Positions 9,848-19,647 are shown, counted from the first letter of the stretch. The stretch: DNA of 64,000 nt from Betaproteobacteria bacterium (GCA_016194905.1 JACQAP010000026.1:28418-92417); one strand, 5' to 3'. Numbers and translations: made by a program. Notes: generated from the sequence alone by a model not told the origin.

Positions 9848-10345
9848 ATGCATGAGAGCGAGATGAGCCTCCCTGTCCTGATCACCGGCGCATCAGGATT
9901 CGTCGGAAAGTCTTTGAGCAATCACCTGGGCGCACAAGGTCACGTGGTGAGGGGCGGGATGCGAGCGCCGACGGAGCAGTTTCCATTTCCGTCCATTGCG
10001 GTCGGGAATATCGGTCCTGAGACGGATTGGACGGCTGCGCTCGCAGGATGCCAAGCGGTTGTGCACCTGGCTGCGCATGTGCATGTGATGCGGCACCGGG
10101 CGGGTGATGCATCCGGCGACTTCCATCGCGTCAACGTGGAAGGCAGCGAGAACCTCGCGCGCCAGGCCGCGCGTGCCGGTGTGCGCAGATTCGTGTTCCT
10201 GAGTTCGGTGAAGGTCAACGGCGAGGAAGGCGCGCAACGCGCCTTCGTGGAAAGCGATCCCGTCATGCCGATGGATGCGTATGGCACATCCAAAGCCGAG
10301 GCCGAATCGAAAGTTGGTTTTGAAGATGATTTTGGGCCAAAATGA
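9848..10345 (+). pseudogene. 5' fragment (about 155 codons) of an NAD-dependent sugar epimerase, paralogous to 10947..11915
   Basis: LITGASGFVG...AVVHLAA.VH.M...NVEGSENLARQAARAGVRRFVFLSSVKVNGE...DAYG.SKA.AE aligns with the N-terminal half of the full-length gene downstream. Similarity ends near nt 10310-10320. The ORF then runs into unrelated low-GC sequence and stops; the C-terminal substrate domain is absent. Confidence 0.7.
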
Positions 10346-10373
10346 AATTTTGGTTATCCGAAATGGAGGCAAC

Positions 10374-10580
10374 ATGCAATTAACGGCTGTTCTCATCCAC
10401 GCGGAAGAAGGCGGGTTTGTAGCTCTCAATCCAGAGACAGGTACAACGACGCAGGGAGAAACGATTGACGAAGCACTGGCCAACCTGCAGGAAGCCACTT
10501 CCCTTTATCTTGAAGAGTTTCCAACAGTCGTTTCCGGCCCCCCTCTGGTAACCACTTTTACAGTTCTTGCGCGTGCCTAA
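10374..10580 (+). CDS. hicB: HicB-family antitoxin (type II TA)
   Basis: 68 aa from ATG 10374, with GGAGG 4 nt upstream. MQLTAVLIHAEEGGFVALNPETGTTTQGETIDEALANLQEA..LYLEE is the typical UPF0150/HicB N-domain. The track ORF start at 10275 is an upstream extension. Confidence 0.75.
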   Translation: MQLTAVLIHAEEGGFVALNPETGTTTQGETIDEALANLQEATSLYLEEFPTVVSGPPLVTTFTVLARA

Positions 10581-10794
10581 ATTACCCCGTGTCTCGGGTG
10601 CCCAAGCGATTCGGGCGCTCGAGAGGTTGGGCTTCGCGGTGGTGCGCCAGAGTGGAAGTCACGTCATTTTGCGGAATGGCCCGGCCGGCTGCGTGGTGCC
10701 AAACCACAAGGAACTCAAAGTGGGAACGTTGGCCGGCGTGCTGCGCCAGGCTGGTGTGTCGGCGGGAGATTTTCTCCGCGCCCTGAATGACTGA
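10567..10794 (+). CDS. hicA: HicA-family mRNA interferase toxin (type II TA)
   Basis: 75 aa with ...AIRALERLGF..VRQSGSHVIL.......VVPNHKELKVGTLAGVLRQAGVS, matching the YcfA/HicA signature (GSH...P.H). The start (TTG 10567 or GTG 10573) overlaps the hicB stop. Confidence 0.8.
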   Translation: MRVPKLPRVSGAQAIRALERLGFAVVRQSGSHVILRNGPAGCVVPNHKELKVGTLAGVLRQAGVSAGDFLRALND

Positions 10795-10946
10795 TCAGAT
10801 CTCCCGGCGTGACTTTCCTGTGGAGAGCGGCCAACAGAGGTGGGCGATACGCGAGATCGTTCCGCGGTGCTCATTGACTCTCGTAGAAAGGGCGGTTGCC
10901 ATGTCCTCGCTGGTCACCTGACCCCGGCGTTCAAGGGCTGGAGGAA

Positions 10947-11915
10947 ATGACTGCTTGTCTGATTACCGGCGCATCGGGCTTTGTCGGCCGGGCGTTGTGG
11001 ACTGCGTTGCGCGGACGCGGCTTCACGGCGCGTGCGGCGATGCGTCTGTATTCGGCCGTTGAATTTCCGCCCGGGGCGGAAGGGACCGAAGTGGTGAGAA
11101 CCGGAGATATCGGCTCCGCCACCGACTGGACGGCGGCCTTGCGCGGCTGTGAAGCGGTCGTGCACTTGGCAGCGCGCGTGCATATCATGCGCGAGTCCGG
11201 CGGCGATGCCCGGGAAGCGTTTTTCCGAACCAACGTCGAAGGCAGCGAGAATCTCGCGCGTCAGGCCGCGCGCGCAGGCGTCCGCCGCTTCGTGTTTCTG
11301 AGTTCGGTGAAGGTCAACGGTGAGATCACCCGCGAGCGCGCATTCACGGAGAGCGACCCACCGGCCCCGACCGATGCCTATGGCGCATCCAAGGCGCAAG
11401 CGGAGGAGCGATTGAAGAAGATCGCCGACGAGACGGGCATGGAAGTGGTGATCTTGCGGCCGCCGCTGGTCTATGGCCCCGGCGTCAAGGCGAATTTCCT
11501 CGGTCTGTTGCGCGCCGTCGATTCGGGGCTGCCGTTGCCTTTGTCATCGATCTCCAATCTGCGCAGTCTCGTTTATGTCGGCAATCTGGTCCATGCACTG
11601 GAAGCCTGCCTGGTGCACCCGGCCGCGGCCAATCGGACGTTTTTCGTAGCCGATGACCATGACGTTTCGACGCCGCAACTGGTCCGGGAGATCGCCGCGG
11701 CATTGGGCAAGGAAGCGCTGCTCTTTCCGATTTCACCGGTGTTGCTTCGCGGCATCGGCGCGCTCACAGGGCGGACCGAGCAGATCGCGCGCCTGACAGG
11801 ATCGTTGCGGGTGGATGTATCGTCGATCAAGAAAGCGCTCGGCTGGCAACCGCCGTTCTCGTTGCAGCAGGGTCTGGCACGGACCGTGTCCTGGTATCGG
11901 ACGCGCTCCGGCTGA
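10947..11915 (+). CDS. NAD-dependent epimerase/dehydratase (WbpK/WbpV-like extended SDR)
   Basis: 322 aa from ATG 10947, with GGAGG upstream. Motifs are LITGASGFVGRAL and YGASK (YxxxK). It sits immediately upstream of the WbpL-like and WbpM-like genes. Confidence 0.85.
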   Translation: MTACLITGASGFVGRALWTALRGRGFTARAAMRLYSAVEFPPGAEGTEVVRTGDIGSATDWTAALRGCEAVVHLAARVHIMRESGGDAREAFFRTNVEGSENLARQAARAGVRRFVFLSSVKVNGEITRERAFTESDPPAPTDAYGASKAQAEERLKKIADETGMEVVILRPPLVYGPGVKANFLGLLRAVDSGLPLPLSSISNLRSLVYVGNLVHALEACLVHPAAANRTFFVADDHDVSTPQLVREIAAALGKEALLFPISPVLLRGIGALTGRTEQIARLTGSLRVDVSSIKKALGWQPPFSLQQGLARTVSWYRTRSG

Positions 11916-11975
11916 GCGGGCTGGCATCCTGTCGAGAATGGGGAAATTGAGCGTCGTTCTTATATAATCGCCCCG

Positions 11976-12959
11976 ATGGAAACCGGCGTCTTCGCGTTCA
12001 CGCTTGCCCCGCTGCTCGCCGGAATTGTTTCCACCGCCACCATGCTCGTGCTGCTGAGAACTCGCGGCCTGCCGCTGGATGAGCCGAACGAACGCTCGCT
12101 GCACCGCATACCGGTGCCGCGAACCGGTGGCATCGCCATCATTACCGGCATCGCTGCGGCCGCCTTGTGGCTTCGCGCCAGTCCCAGCCTGCTGGTCCCG
12201 GCGGTCGCGCTGGCTATTGCCTCCTATTTCGACGATCGTCATGCCCTGCCCGCGGTGGTGCGATTGGCGATGCACCTGGCCGCCGCAGGCGTTTTTCTAT
12301 GGCTGGCCGCAGGCTCTTTCGGAGCGGCGTCGCTCGTCGTTCTGTTGTTCGCAATCGCCTGGATCACGAATCTTTACAACTTCATGGACGGCGCCGACGG
12401 ATTATCGGGCGGAATGGCCGTTATCGGTTTCGGCACTTACGGATTGGCGGCGTGGCTCGGAGGGAACGGTGAGCTTGAACTGCTTGCCTGGTCGATCGCG
12501 GCAGCGGCAGCGGGTTTTCTGATTTTCAATTTTCCGCCGGCGAAGATTTTCATGGGCGATGTCGGCTCGATTCCACTGGGTTTCCTTGCCGGAGCGTTCG
12601 GCGTGGCCGGCTGGCGGCAGGGACTCTGGCCGCTGTGGTTTCCATTGGCTGTATTCGCGCCGTTCATCGTCGATGCCACCACGACGCTTGCGCGCAGGCT
12701 GCTGCGCGGCGAGCGCATCTGGGAGGCTCACCGGCAGCATTATTACCAGCGATTGATCCTGTCAGGCTGGAGTCACCGGCGCACGGCATTGTCGGAATAT
12801 GGTCTGATGACCTTGTGCAGTGTTGTGGCGCTTGCTGGTCTGCAGCAATCGCAGGCGGGGCAGTTCGTGGTGGTCCTCGGTCTTGCACTGACCTTCGCAG
12901 TGGCGATGTGGGCAATCGACCGGCGCTGGAAACGATTCTCCGGGACGGCGCATGGCTAA
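11976..12959 (+). CDS. Polyprenyl-phosphate HexNAc-1-phosphate transferase (MraY/WecA/WbpL family), initiating glycosyltransferase
   Basis: 327-aa polytopic membrane protein with NLYNFMDGADGLSGG and IFMGDVGS motifs. Confidence 0.85.
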   Translation: METGVFAFTLAPLLAGIVSTATMLVLLRTRGLPLDEPNERSLHRIPVPRTGGIAIITGIAAAALWLRASPSLLVPAVALAIASYFDDRHALPAVVRLAMHLAAAGVFLWLAAGSFGAASLVVLLFAIAWITNLYNFMDGADGLSGGMAVIGFGTYGLAAWLGGNGELELLAWSIAAAAAGFLIFNFPPAKIFMGDVGSIPLGFLAGAFGVAGWRQGLWPLWFPLAVFAPFIVDATTTLARRLLRGERIWEAHRQHYYQRLILSGWSHRRTALSEYGLMTLCSVVALAGLQQSQAGQFVVVLGLALTFAVAMWAIDRRWKRFSGTAHG

Positions 12960-14826
12960 GCTGCCGAGCGTGAATCCGCGTTCCGCGCTTGCTTTCCTGC
13001 ACGACGTCATCGCTGTCGGCGTGGCATGGCTGGCCGCCTACTCGTTTCGCTTCAATTTCGAGATTCAGACCGAGTTCCTGCCCGCCATGTGGAGCACGGT
13101 CGGCTGGATAATGGCGTTGTATGCGCTGTGTTTCTGGATGTTCGGCCTGTATCGGGGATTGTGGCGCTACGCCAGCATCCACGACCTGCGCCTGATAGTG
13201 ATCGCGGTGGGCGTCGGCGCCTTGGCGTTTCCTGCCTTGTTCGTACTCGTCCAGCCCGGATTCGTAGTGCCGCGTTCGGTTTATGTGCTGCATCCCCTGC
13301 TGCTGGTGTTCCTGATGGGCGGAAGCCGCCTTCTGTACCGGGCCTGGAAGGAGCGCAATATCGGCAAGCTAGGCGCGCTTTACGGCAAACCGGTCGTGAT
13401 CCTCGGCGCCGGCGATACCGCCGTGTCGCTGCTCAAGGATCTGGCAAGCAGTGCCGAGTGGCGCGTGATCGGGTTGCTGGACGACGACGATACCAAGCAG
13501 AAACGCCAGATTCTCGGCGCCACCGTGCTCGGCCGTATTGCCGACCTTCCTTCAGTCGCCCCGCGTTTTGCGGTCGAGCACGCGATCATAGCGATGCCCG
13601 ACGCCGCCCACGGCGTTCGTCGCCGGGCTATCGGCATCTGTCAGGGTGTCGGTCTCAAAGTGCTCACCGTGCCGTCATTCGAAGACCTGATGGGCGGCAA
13701 GGTGACCGTATCGCAGATCCGCAACGTCGAACTGGACGACCTGCTCGGACGTGACCCGGTCACCCTGGATAGTAACGGACTGGCGGAATTGCTCGAAGGC
13801 AAGATTGTCATGGTGACCGGTGCCGGCGGTTCGATCGGGGCCGAACTATGCCGGCAGATCGCCCGCTACAACCCGGCGCGCCTGGTCCTGTATGAAATGT
13901 CGGAGCTTGCGCTCTACCAGGTCGAGCAGGAATTTCTCGGCGCGTTCCGGCATGTGCCGGCGACCTGCATGGTAGGCGATGCCAAGAATCCGGAGCGGGT
14001 GGCGCAGGCGCTGGAAAAATACCGGCCGCAGGTCATTTTCCACGCCGCGGCTTACAAGCATGTACCGTTGATGGAAGAGGAGAACGCCTGGGAAGCGGTG
14101 CGCAACAACGTCTACGGAACTTACGTGCTGGCATCCCAAGCGATGCGCCACGGCGTGGACAAATTCGTTCTGATTTCCACCGACAAGGCGGTCAATCCGG
14201 CCAATGTCATGGGTGCCAGCAAGCGGCTCGCGGAAATGGTCTGCCAGTCGTTGCAGCGGCCGCAAGGCACACGCTTCGTGATGGTTCGCTTTGGCAACGT
14301 GCTCGGCAGCGCAGGCAGCGTCATCCCGAAATTCCGCGAACAGATTGCCGCGGGCGGTCCGGTGACTGTCACCCATCCCGAGATCACACGCTTCTTCATG
14401 TCCATTCCCGAGGCGGCGCAACTCGTACTGCAGGCCGGCACGATGGGCCGTGGCGGCGAAATCTTCGTGCTCGACATGGGTGAGTCGGTACGCATCGTCG
14501 ATCTGGCGCGCGACATGATCCGCCTGTCGGGGCTGGGGGAGGATGACGTGAAGATCGTTTTTACCGGTTTGCGTCCCGGCGAAAAACTCTACGAGGAATT
14601 GCTGGCCGACGACGAACATACGTTGTCCACGCCGCACCCGAAGTTGCGTATCGCGCGTGCGCGCAGCGTCGAGGATGGATGGTTGGATGGCCTGCTCGGT
14701 TGGCTCGGCGGCACATCGCCATACGACGACGGGCAGGTTCGGGAGGCACTGAAGGACTGGATTCCTGAGTATTCGTCACCTGTCGTTGCCAGACGGGAAA
14801 AGGCGGCAACACCGTATTCCGCCTGA
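12952..14826 (+). CDS. Membrane-bound nucleotide-sugar 4,6-dehydratase/epimerase (CapD/WbpM/PglF family)
   Basis: 624 aa with N-terminal TM helices and two Rossmann segments (VVILGAGDTA; VMVTGAGGSIGAELCRQ). It overlaps the upstream gene by 8 nt. Confidence 0.9.
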   Translation: MAKLPSVNPRSALAFLHDVIAVGVAWLAAYSFRFNFEIQTEFLPAMWSTVGWIMALYALCFWMFGLYRGLWRYASIHDLRLIVIAVGVGALAFPALFVLVQPGFVVPRSVYVLHPLLLVFLMGGSRLLYRAWKERNIGKLGALYGKPVVILGAGDTAVSLLKDLASSAEWRVIGLLDDDDTKQKRQILGATVLGRIADLPSVAPRFAVEHAIIAMPDAAHGVRRRAIGICQGVGLKVLTVPSFEDLMGGKVTVSQIRNVELDDLLGRDPVTLDSNGLAELLEGKIVMVTGAGGSIGAELCRQIARYNPARLVLYEMSELALYQVEQEFLGAFRHVPATCMVGDAKNPERVAQALEKYRPQVIFHAAAYKHVPLMEEENAWEAVRNNVYGTYVLASQAMRHGVDKFVLISTDKAVNPANVMGASKRLAEMVCQSLQRPQGTRFVMVRFGNVLGSAGSVIPKFREQIAAGGPVTVTHPEITRFFMSIPEAAQLVLQAGTMGRGGEIFVLDMGESVRIVDLARDMIRLSGLGEDDVKIVFTGLRPGEKLYEELLADDEHTLSTPHPKLRIARARSVEDGWLDGLLGWLGGTSPYDDGQVREALKDWIPEYSSPVVARREKAATPYSA

Positions 14827-14907
14827 GTCGGACAGCCACGATCTCCAATTTGATGACGCGAACGAGGGCAGACAAACGCACTTCATCATGAACAACGTTC
14901 CCAGACA

Positions 14908-15927
14908 ATGAAGGTACTTGTAACGGGTGCCGCCGGATTCATCGGCATGCACGTGGTTCAGGGGCTGCTCGCGCGAGGCGACGAAGTTGTCGGCGTGGAC
15001 AATCTCAATGCTTACTACGATGTGGTTCTCAAGGAAGCGCGTCTTGGCCGCTTGGCCGGACATCCAGGCTTTCGCTTCGTCAGGCTCGACGTCGCCGACG
15101 CGGAAGCGTTGGGCAAATTGTTTCGTCAGGAAGGATTCCAACGGGCCGTGCATCTTGCGGCGCAGGCTGGCGTCCGGTATTCGCTGGCCAACCCGCAGGT
15201 CTACGTACAGAGCAACTTGGTGGGCTTCGTCAACGTTCTCGAAGGCTGCCGCCATGGCAAAGTGGAACACTTGGTGTATGCAAGCAGTTCGAGCGTCTAC
15301 GGTGGCAACACGAAGTTACCGTTCTCCGAGCACGACAATGTCGATCACCCGATCAGCCTCTACGCGGCCACCAAGAAATCCAACGAGCTGATGGCGCACA
15401 CGTACAGCCATTTGTTCGGCTTGCCCGCGACCGGCCTGCGTTTTTTCACCGTCTATGGGCCATGGGGTCGGCCGGACATGTCGTATTTCAAGTTCACCAA
15501 GGCCATTTTGGAAGGCAGTCCGATCGAGGTCTTCAATCACGGCAAGATGCAAAGAGATTTCACCTATGTTGACGACATCGTCGAGGGCGTGGTCCGCGTG
15601 CTGGACCGACCGCCGCGCCCCCAGCCGGGCTTCGATTCAGTGAATCCCGACCCGGCTTCAAGCAGCGCGCCATACCGCATCTACAATATTGGCAATCATC
15701 AGCCGGTCGATCTGATGACGTACATAAACGTGCTGGAGCGAGCGCTCGGACGGAAGGCGGAAAAGAAACTCCTTCCCATGCAAGACGGAGATGTGGTCGC
15801 AACCTATGCACAAACGGAGGCTTTGCAGGCCGACGTTGGCTTTGTCCCCGCAACCTCGATCACGGATGGAATCGGTCGCTTCGTCGACTGGTATTGCTCT
15901 TACTATCGCGTCGGATTGCAGAAATGA
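14908..15927 (+). CDS. NAD-dependent epimerase, UDP-glucuronate 4-epimerase-like
   Basis: 339 aa with [30 protein letters not shown] and YAATK, the pattern of the Cap1J/LpsL-type subgroup. Confidence 0.8.
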   Translation: MKVLVTGAAGFIGMHVVQGLLARGDEVVGVDNLNAYYDVVLKEARLGRLAGHPGFRFVRLDVADAEALGKLFRQEGFQRAVHLAAQAGVRYSLANPQVYVQSNLVGFVNVLEGCRHGKVEHLVYASSSSVYGGNTKLPFSEHDNVDHPISLYAATKKSNELMAHTYSHLFGLPATGLRFFTVYGPWGRPDMSYFKFTKAILEGSPIEVFNHGKMQRDFTYVDDIVEGVVRVLDRPPRPQPGFDSVNPDPASSSAPYRIYNIGNHQPVDLMTYINVLERALGRKAEKKLLPMQDGDVVATYAQTEALQADVGFVPATSITDGIGRFVDWYCSYYRVGLQK

Positions 15928-16030
15928 CATGTCGCCGTCAGCAGCGGTCGAACACGACACGGAGTAATGGTCACATAGCGCCGGTTAGCTTGATTCGTGC
16001 GCAGATGGCCGCTAAGGGACTGCGTCGTCG

Positions 16031-17302
16031 CTAACTAATAGACGAGGCATCTGTGTTGACCGGTTGGCGCGCGGAATCCTCGACGAGCGGGGCATGTCGC
16101 GCAACGTTCGATGAGTAACCGAGGATCATTCCGATCAAAGCCCAGAACATCCATCCGAGGTGCCGGAAGAAAAGATCCTCGATCATCCCCTCCACGCCAA
16201 AGATACCGGCTACGATCGCCAGACCTGCGATCCCGAGCGTCCGAACATCCCGATCGGCCAACCTTGTTGTCTTGAGCAATTCACGGAGTACGCAGAACAC
16301 AAGCAGCCCAAGCACGATAGGACCCAGAAAGCCAAGCTCAATGGCGTAGTTGAGGACAATATTATGTGCATGAGTGTGGGTCGCTAGCCCCGCCTGTTGC
16401 TGGAATTCCTTGGAGAGGACCATGCGACCGAATCCGGCACCTGTCCACGGGCGCTGCATGATCCACGCGAAGCTGTCTTGCCAAAGCTTGGGTCGAGGGT
16501 CGATCTTGATCGTGCCGGAAAGCACTTCGCTGGTACTGCCGTCTATACCAAGCTTTTCTCCCGAATCCGTCACAAGCCTTTCCCCTGAGACTGTCACGAA
16601 CGCGATTGTCATGGCAATCAGCACCGATGCCATGATTGCGACGATCGACTTTCTTCTCGCGATATTCAAATTCAGATGTCGCAGGTACATGTAGCCGAAA
16701 ATGACCAGTTCCACGATCAATGAAATCCAGAGCCCTCTGTTTTTGGTGCCGTACGCAGTCAGCAGCAGAAAAAGCACGAGACCAATCATCGCGGAACGGC
16801 GTCGACCGGGCCATAACAATGCCGCCGCCAGAAAAAGGGGCATGATTGTAACCAGGTACGCCGAGTAATGAAGTGCCCCCCCGTGCATGCCGACCTCATT
16901 GGAGTTTGTGCCTCTTATGCATTGAACAAGTGCAAAGGTACCGGTTGCCAGCGAGGACGCGGCGAGCACTGCGATCCAGAAGCCCAGTTCGCGACGACTG
17001 CGGGTAAACGAGAAAAAAATAACGAAAGTGAGAAAACCACAGATAATTTCGGACTTGATCTCGCCGATCGAGTAGTCTGGATAGACTGCCCAGATCAAGG
17101 ACAGAAGGGCAATTCCGATCCAGGCCGCGAATGGGACTTTCAGGGGAATGGGTGGGATGGCGTCCGTACGCCACGCCCAGAACAGCAGCAGGACCGACAC
17201 CCCGAATGCGACCGATCGCAGAGCGGTCGTGTGTGCCAAGGGCAGGACGAAAAGATATATCGCCGGTGCCAGAAGAATCAAGGATTCGCGCTCGATTTTC
17301 AT
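16031..17302 (-). CDS. O-antigen ligase family membrane protein (Wzy_C domain; WaaL-like)
   Basis: 423 aa from ATG 17302; the track ORF extends to 17401. It has many TM segments and a periplasmic loop region with ...THTHAHNIVLNYAIELGFLG. It converges on the polysaccharide cluster and lies next to core GT genes. Confidence 0.75.
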   Translation of the reverse strand: MKIERESLILLAPAIYLFVLPLAHTTALRSVAFGVSVLLLFWAWRTDAIPPIPLKVPFAAWIGIALLSLIWAVYPDYSIGEIKSEIICGFLTFVIFFSFTRSRRELGFWIAVLAASSLATGTFALVQCIRGTNSNEVGMHGGALHYSAYLVTIMPLFLAAALLWPGRRRSAMIGLVLFLLLTAYGTKNRGLWISLIVELVIFGYMYLRHLNLNIARRKSIVAIMASVLIAMTIAFVTVSGERLVTDSGEKLGIDGSTSEVLSGTIKIDPRPKLWQDSFAWIMQRPWTGAGFGRMVLSKEFQQQAGLATHTHAHNIVLNYAIELGFLGPIVLGLLVFCVLRELLKTTRLADRDVRTLGIAGLAIVAGIFGVEGMIEDLFFRHLGWMFWALIGMILGYSSNVARHAPLVEDSARQPVNTDASSIS

Positions 17303-17554
17303 TGCATTAACTACTTGCGTACTCGCAGAGTGAAGTTTGGGTGTGTTCGGAAGGCTGACCTGAGTAGCGGGCGTTTCTCGCGGCGCAACGCATGGACACA
17401 TTGTCGAATAACGTGGATCTTACTGTTCACTTCGTCGGCCACCTGAATGGGTGCCACCCTATCACAAGGCCGGCGAGCACCGACGCTCGTCAATGCCCCA
17501 AACCATGCCGTATGTTTTTACTGCCTGTCGACGTCCGCATTTATCCACGCAATG

Positions 17555-18418
17555 TCACGAAGATCCCTCGTTCAATACGTTCTCCAAGTCCTTGAAGAAT
17601 TCGATATGCTCCGGAAAGTTGTAGCTAATCCCTCCGATGTGCAACCAATGCTTATCAACAAATTGCACCAGTCTCGGATTCTCAATTGATGCCACTTTCA
17701 TGCTGATGCTTTCAGCGCTGACAACGCGCAGCTGTCGGGGATCGAGGTCGCGATAGAGGCTTTTCCAGTTTCTGCCGCCTGTATCAAGGTCGCGAGAGAA
17801 GTCGTAGAGGAAATTTATCGACTTGTCTTTTGTTCCCGCATAGTCAAAAAAACAATATCCGGCCCAAAGATACCAGAAACCAAATTTGCCCCGGTTGAGC
17901 AGACCGTAAACGGGTTGATTCGTCAGTTTGTCTGCAATGCTCACCTTGCGAACGGGTATGAGGTCGTGATCGATGAATCCAAAAATGCGGGGATTGATTG
18001 CACGAACAACATTGTGATAAACCCAGGTCATTGCCATGCCATGCGAACGATTGACATGTCTGGTCGGATTGGGAGGCAGTGCAAGGTAAGGTGCTTTGTT
18101 CTGTTTGCAGATCTGTTCGATCTCAATCCGTTTCGAATTGTTTCGTGAATTGTCAAAAACCAGAACCGTCATATCGGAAACATTTCTGTTTGCCATCTGC
18201 AATAACCAGTTCAAAGCCCAAGGCTGTTCAAATGCAATAACCAGGGCAATATTCTTGTCTGCCAGATCTTCATATTCCGCCAGAAATTGGCTCAATTTGT
18301 TTGGGCGATTATTTTTGTAGAGGGCAAGCCAGGCATCATTGCGAATTTGCTTCAGTGCATGCTGAACCGGCAGCAGCTTCAGCCACTCAATTGCCGAGAA
18401 CTCAGTTAAATAACGCAT
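17555..18418 (-). CDS. Hypothetical protein (possible GT-A-like glycosyltransferase); low-GC orphan
   Basis: 287 aa. By eye the GC is clearly lower than in the neighbours. VLVFDNSRNN...IFGFIDHDLIPV could be a DxD-type centre. I recognise no family. Confidence 0.6.
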   Translation of the reverse strand: MRYLTEFSAIEWLKLLPVQHALKQIRNDAWLALYKNNRPNKLSQFLAEYEDLADKNIALVIAFEQPWALNWLLQMANRNVSDMTVLVFDNSRNNSKRIEIEQICKQNKAPYLALPPNPTRHVNRSHGMAMTWVYHNVVRAINPRIFGFIDHDLIPVRKVSIADKLTNQPVYGLLNRGKFGFWYLWAGYCFFDYAGTKDKSINFLYDFSRDLDTGGRNWKSLYRDLDPRQLRVVSAESISMKVASIENPRLVQFVDKHWLHIGGISYNFPEHIEFFKDLENVLNEGSS

Positions 18419-18597
18419 GGATTGCAGGATAGGCGATATTCATGCTCTTTGGTTTGCGCGTTTATTTCACCGACAAGCGCGCCGACAAGGGAATGCATAC
18501 GTTGGTCAGCAGCCAGACGGCGGAAAGTATTGCCTCGTTCATATACGCAATCCCCGTTTGCCACCAAGCCACTCCAATTCCGGGTAAGTGGGAGAAA

Positions 18598-19647
18598 CTA
18601 TATCCCGGATTGCAGTTCCCGGAATTTTTCGAGCGCTTCGGCAACGCTGATGTCCGAGACGTCTTCCGATTGTGGCCGCATCAGTTGGTACGGTACTTTC
18701 CATGGGTGCCACCGATCCGCATCCGAATCACCGAAGAAGCACAGGATCGGCTTTCCAAGCGCAGCGGCCACATGCATCGCCCCGCCGTCGCTGCAGATGA
18801 CCTGTTCGCAAACGGCAAGTCCGGCGAACAGATCCGACAGCGTAACGGTCGGAAACGGTATGATCGGAAAGCTGCCGAGTTGTTCCAGAATTTGGTGCGC
18901 CTTGGCGTCGTCACCCGGATGGGTTGGACTATCCGACTCCCCCGGCGACCAGAACAGGACAAATGCAAGATCCGGCCGAAGATCGACGAGTTGGCGCAGG
19001 AATTCGACAAACCTTCCGGCGGGCCAGCGCTGTTTCATTTTTCGGGCGCTGATGTGCACGCCGATCAGCATGCTATTGCCGGGCAGTGCATTTGTGACAA
19101 GGCTGCGGGCGGCGGCTATCTTGCGTTCATTGGCGAATACGGCGGTTCGGGGAGGCGGGCCTTTGATGCCAAAAAGCGGCGCGATGCGAAATGCCTCTTC
19201 GACCTCGTGCAACGGTCCGGCCGAACCAGGCGTCAGGCCATAACCCGGGCTGGTGCATTCGCCGAATCCGACGATGGTCCGTGCGTTGATCTTGAGGGCG
19301 AACATCTGGGCCTTGGACGAGGCGGCCGGTGAAGCGAGAATCGCATAGTCGACGCGCAGCTTTCTGAGCCGGAGTATCAAGCTGAGCGTGGACCAATAGG
19401 CGGACAAGATACTTGCCGAGCCGCGGTGTTTGGCCTTGGTGTAGATGAACACCTCGTCGAGGTCGGAATTTTCTTCGAGCACTCTGGCGTTGTAGCTGTT
19501 TACCAGCGCACCGATCCACGCTGCCGGGAAGCGCAGGCGAAGCGCATGAATGAGAGGGGTGGTGAGGATAAGGTCGCCGATGTTGTCGCGGCGAATCACG
19601 AGGATCTTCGGGCCGGTTCGGACAGGTGGAGGGCTGGTTGGCGACAT
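18598..19647 (-). CDS. Glycosyltransferase family 9 (LPS heptosyltransferase family)
   Basis: 349 aa from ATG 19647; the track ORF extends to 19917. Motifs are KILVIRRDNIGDLILTTPLIHALR and VICSDGGAMHVAAALGKPILCFFG. Confidence 0.85.
   Translation of the reverse strand: MSPTSPPPVRTGPKILVIRRDNIGDLILTTPLIHALRLRFPAAWIGALVNSYNARVLEENSDLDEVFIYTKAKHRGSASILSAYWSTLSLILRLRKLRVDYAILASPAASSKAQMFALKINARTIVGFGECTSPGYGLTPGSAGPLHEVEEAFRIAPLFGIKGPPPRTAVFANERKIAAARSLVTNALPGNSMLIGVHISARKMKQRWPAGRFVEFLRQLVDLRPDLAFVLFWSPGESDSPTHPGDDAKAHQILEQLGSFPIIPFPTVTLSDLFAGLAVCEQVICSDGGAMHVAAALGKPILCFFGDSDADRWHPWKVPYQLMRPQSEDVSDISVAEALEKFRELQSGI

Noticed and set aside
10795-10946. Searched for a 3' remnant of the truncated epimerase between hicA and the intact epimerase gene.
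   Set aside because: Translations in all three plus frames show no convincing similarity to the C-terminal half of the intact paralogue.
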